From an uncultured Gemmatimonadales bacterium (GTDB lineage: Bacteria; Gemmatimonadota; Gemmatimonadetes; Gemmatimonadales; GWC2-71-9): a stretch of 60,972 bases of DNA. A program made the position numbers and the translations under genes. Under the pieces are notes generated by a model. It was not told the origin of the DNA. It saw only the letters and a list, made by a program, of their open reading frames with translations, and searched no databases. Position 1 is the first letter of the stretch; every line of letters starts with the position of its first letter. Location of the stretch: positions 1-60,972 of the forward strand of contig CAWGSK010000020.1 in assembly GCA_963825055.1 (NCBI GenBank), given 5' to 3'. Below are positions 60,192-60,972 of this stretch, in pieces.

Positions 60192-60695
60192 TCAGCGTGA
60201 TTTCGCCAAGGGGTTGTCGCGAATGTATGCCCGGATTCGCTCAAGATCCGCGGTGTTGCGAACCACATGCTCGTAGTAGTCGCGCTGCCAGAGCGGTGCT
60301 CCGGGTGTTCGCCGAATGCGGTTCACCCTGGCGGCAGAAGCAGCCTTGAACTGGCCCACGATGTTCCCCAGGGTGTCAGCCCGGGCAGACGGCCGGCTGG
60401 GCATGGCTGAGTGTATCTGGAGTATCGCGTGAAAATGATCCGGCATGACAACGAATTCATCCAGATGAACGCGGGGCCTCAACCCTGCTGTGCGCTCCCA
60501 TTCGTCAACGACAATCCTTCCCAATGCGGAGAGATGCACGTGCCCCCGCACCAGTCCCCCGAGGCAGGGCAGCCTTCCCTTCACCACCAGGGTGATGAAG
60601 TATGCGCCCGGCAGGGCGTAATCGTGGTGCGGGTGCCGGAGTGACCGTCGTCTCAGAAAGTCGGGGCTCTCCCGGCCGGCTCTTTCCCGTGGCAT
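60192..60695 (-). mobile_element. REP-associated tyrosine transposase (RAYT, Y1 HUH)
   Basis: RRSLR..DY..PGAYFIT, VMPDHFHAIL (HUH), WQRDYYEHVVRN, YIRDNP; flanked by REPs. Confidence 0.92.
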
Positions 60696-60832
60696 TCCTG
60701 ATTGTCGGGCCGCACCATTCCTGGAGGCAAACCATGCTGACTCGGGCAGGCGCCAAATTGCCCGGACGGCGGGCGCATCGATGCCGGTGAGCGCCGTCGA
60801 TCCTGGGGTGAGCGGCCGTCGATGCCGAGCTA

Positions 60833-60894
60833 CCCTACGGGCGACCGTCCGGTCGCCCCTACATCCCTGCGGGCGACCGTCCGGTCGCCCCTAC
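60833..60894 (-). repeat. Two GTAG-foot REP sequences upstream of RAYT
   Basis: Minus strand TGTAGGGGCGACCGGACGGTCGCCC x2. Confidence 0.9.
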
Positions 60895-60972
60895 ATCTAT
60901 ATTCTGAAACATCCGGGATATCCCCCCGATACCCGATACCCCATACCCGCCACCCGACAACCCCATGCCCGT

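Noticed and set aside
60965..60972. Start of the next gene (ATG)
   Set aside because: Only 8 nt lie inside the window; cannot be supported

Overview
High-GC bacterial chromosomal window spanning the replication origin; the gene content (GWxTD protein, kinase-TPR receptor, DnaA style) suggests Gemmatimonadota, which is an inference. In order it holds: a truncated Ig-like lipoprotein, tRNA-Phe(GAA), upp, a beta-CASP nuclease, an M16 peptidase pair, a coupled holA-SPOR-mutS-tonB-cbs-ddl-rhomboid operon, mnmE-yidC-yidD-rnpA-rpmH divergent from dnaA-oriC-dnaN, mtgA, RNase P RNA (rnpB), two Hanks kinases, pyrE, polA, a pilin, MMPL, RNase D, a ferredoxin, a PlpD-like patatin, a variant peptide deformylase, a sufR-sufBCDSU operon extended by a bacilliredoxin and a small possibly Sm-fold protein, and a REP-flanked RAYT transposase. 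Most notable: (1) a beta-clamp-binding-like motif (QMDFF) in DnaA domain II; (2) about 20 intergenic arrays of 7/8/9-mer tandem repeats, many arranged as inverted arms; (3) many apparently leaderless genes and two probable CTG starts; (4) the SUF-BrxA-Sm-like extension; (5) three single-base frameshifts (mnmE, patatin, sufD) that are probably sequencing errors. All calls come from reading motifs by eye; no searches were run.
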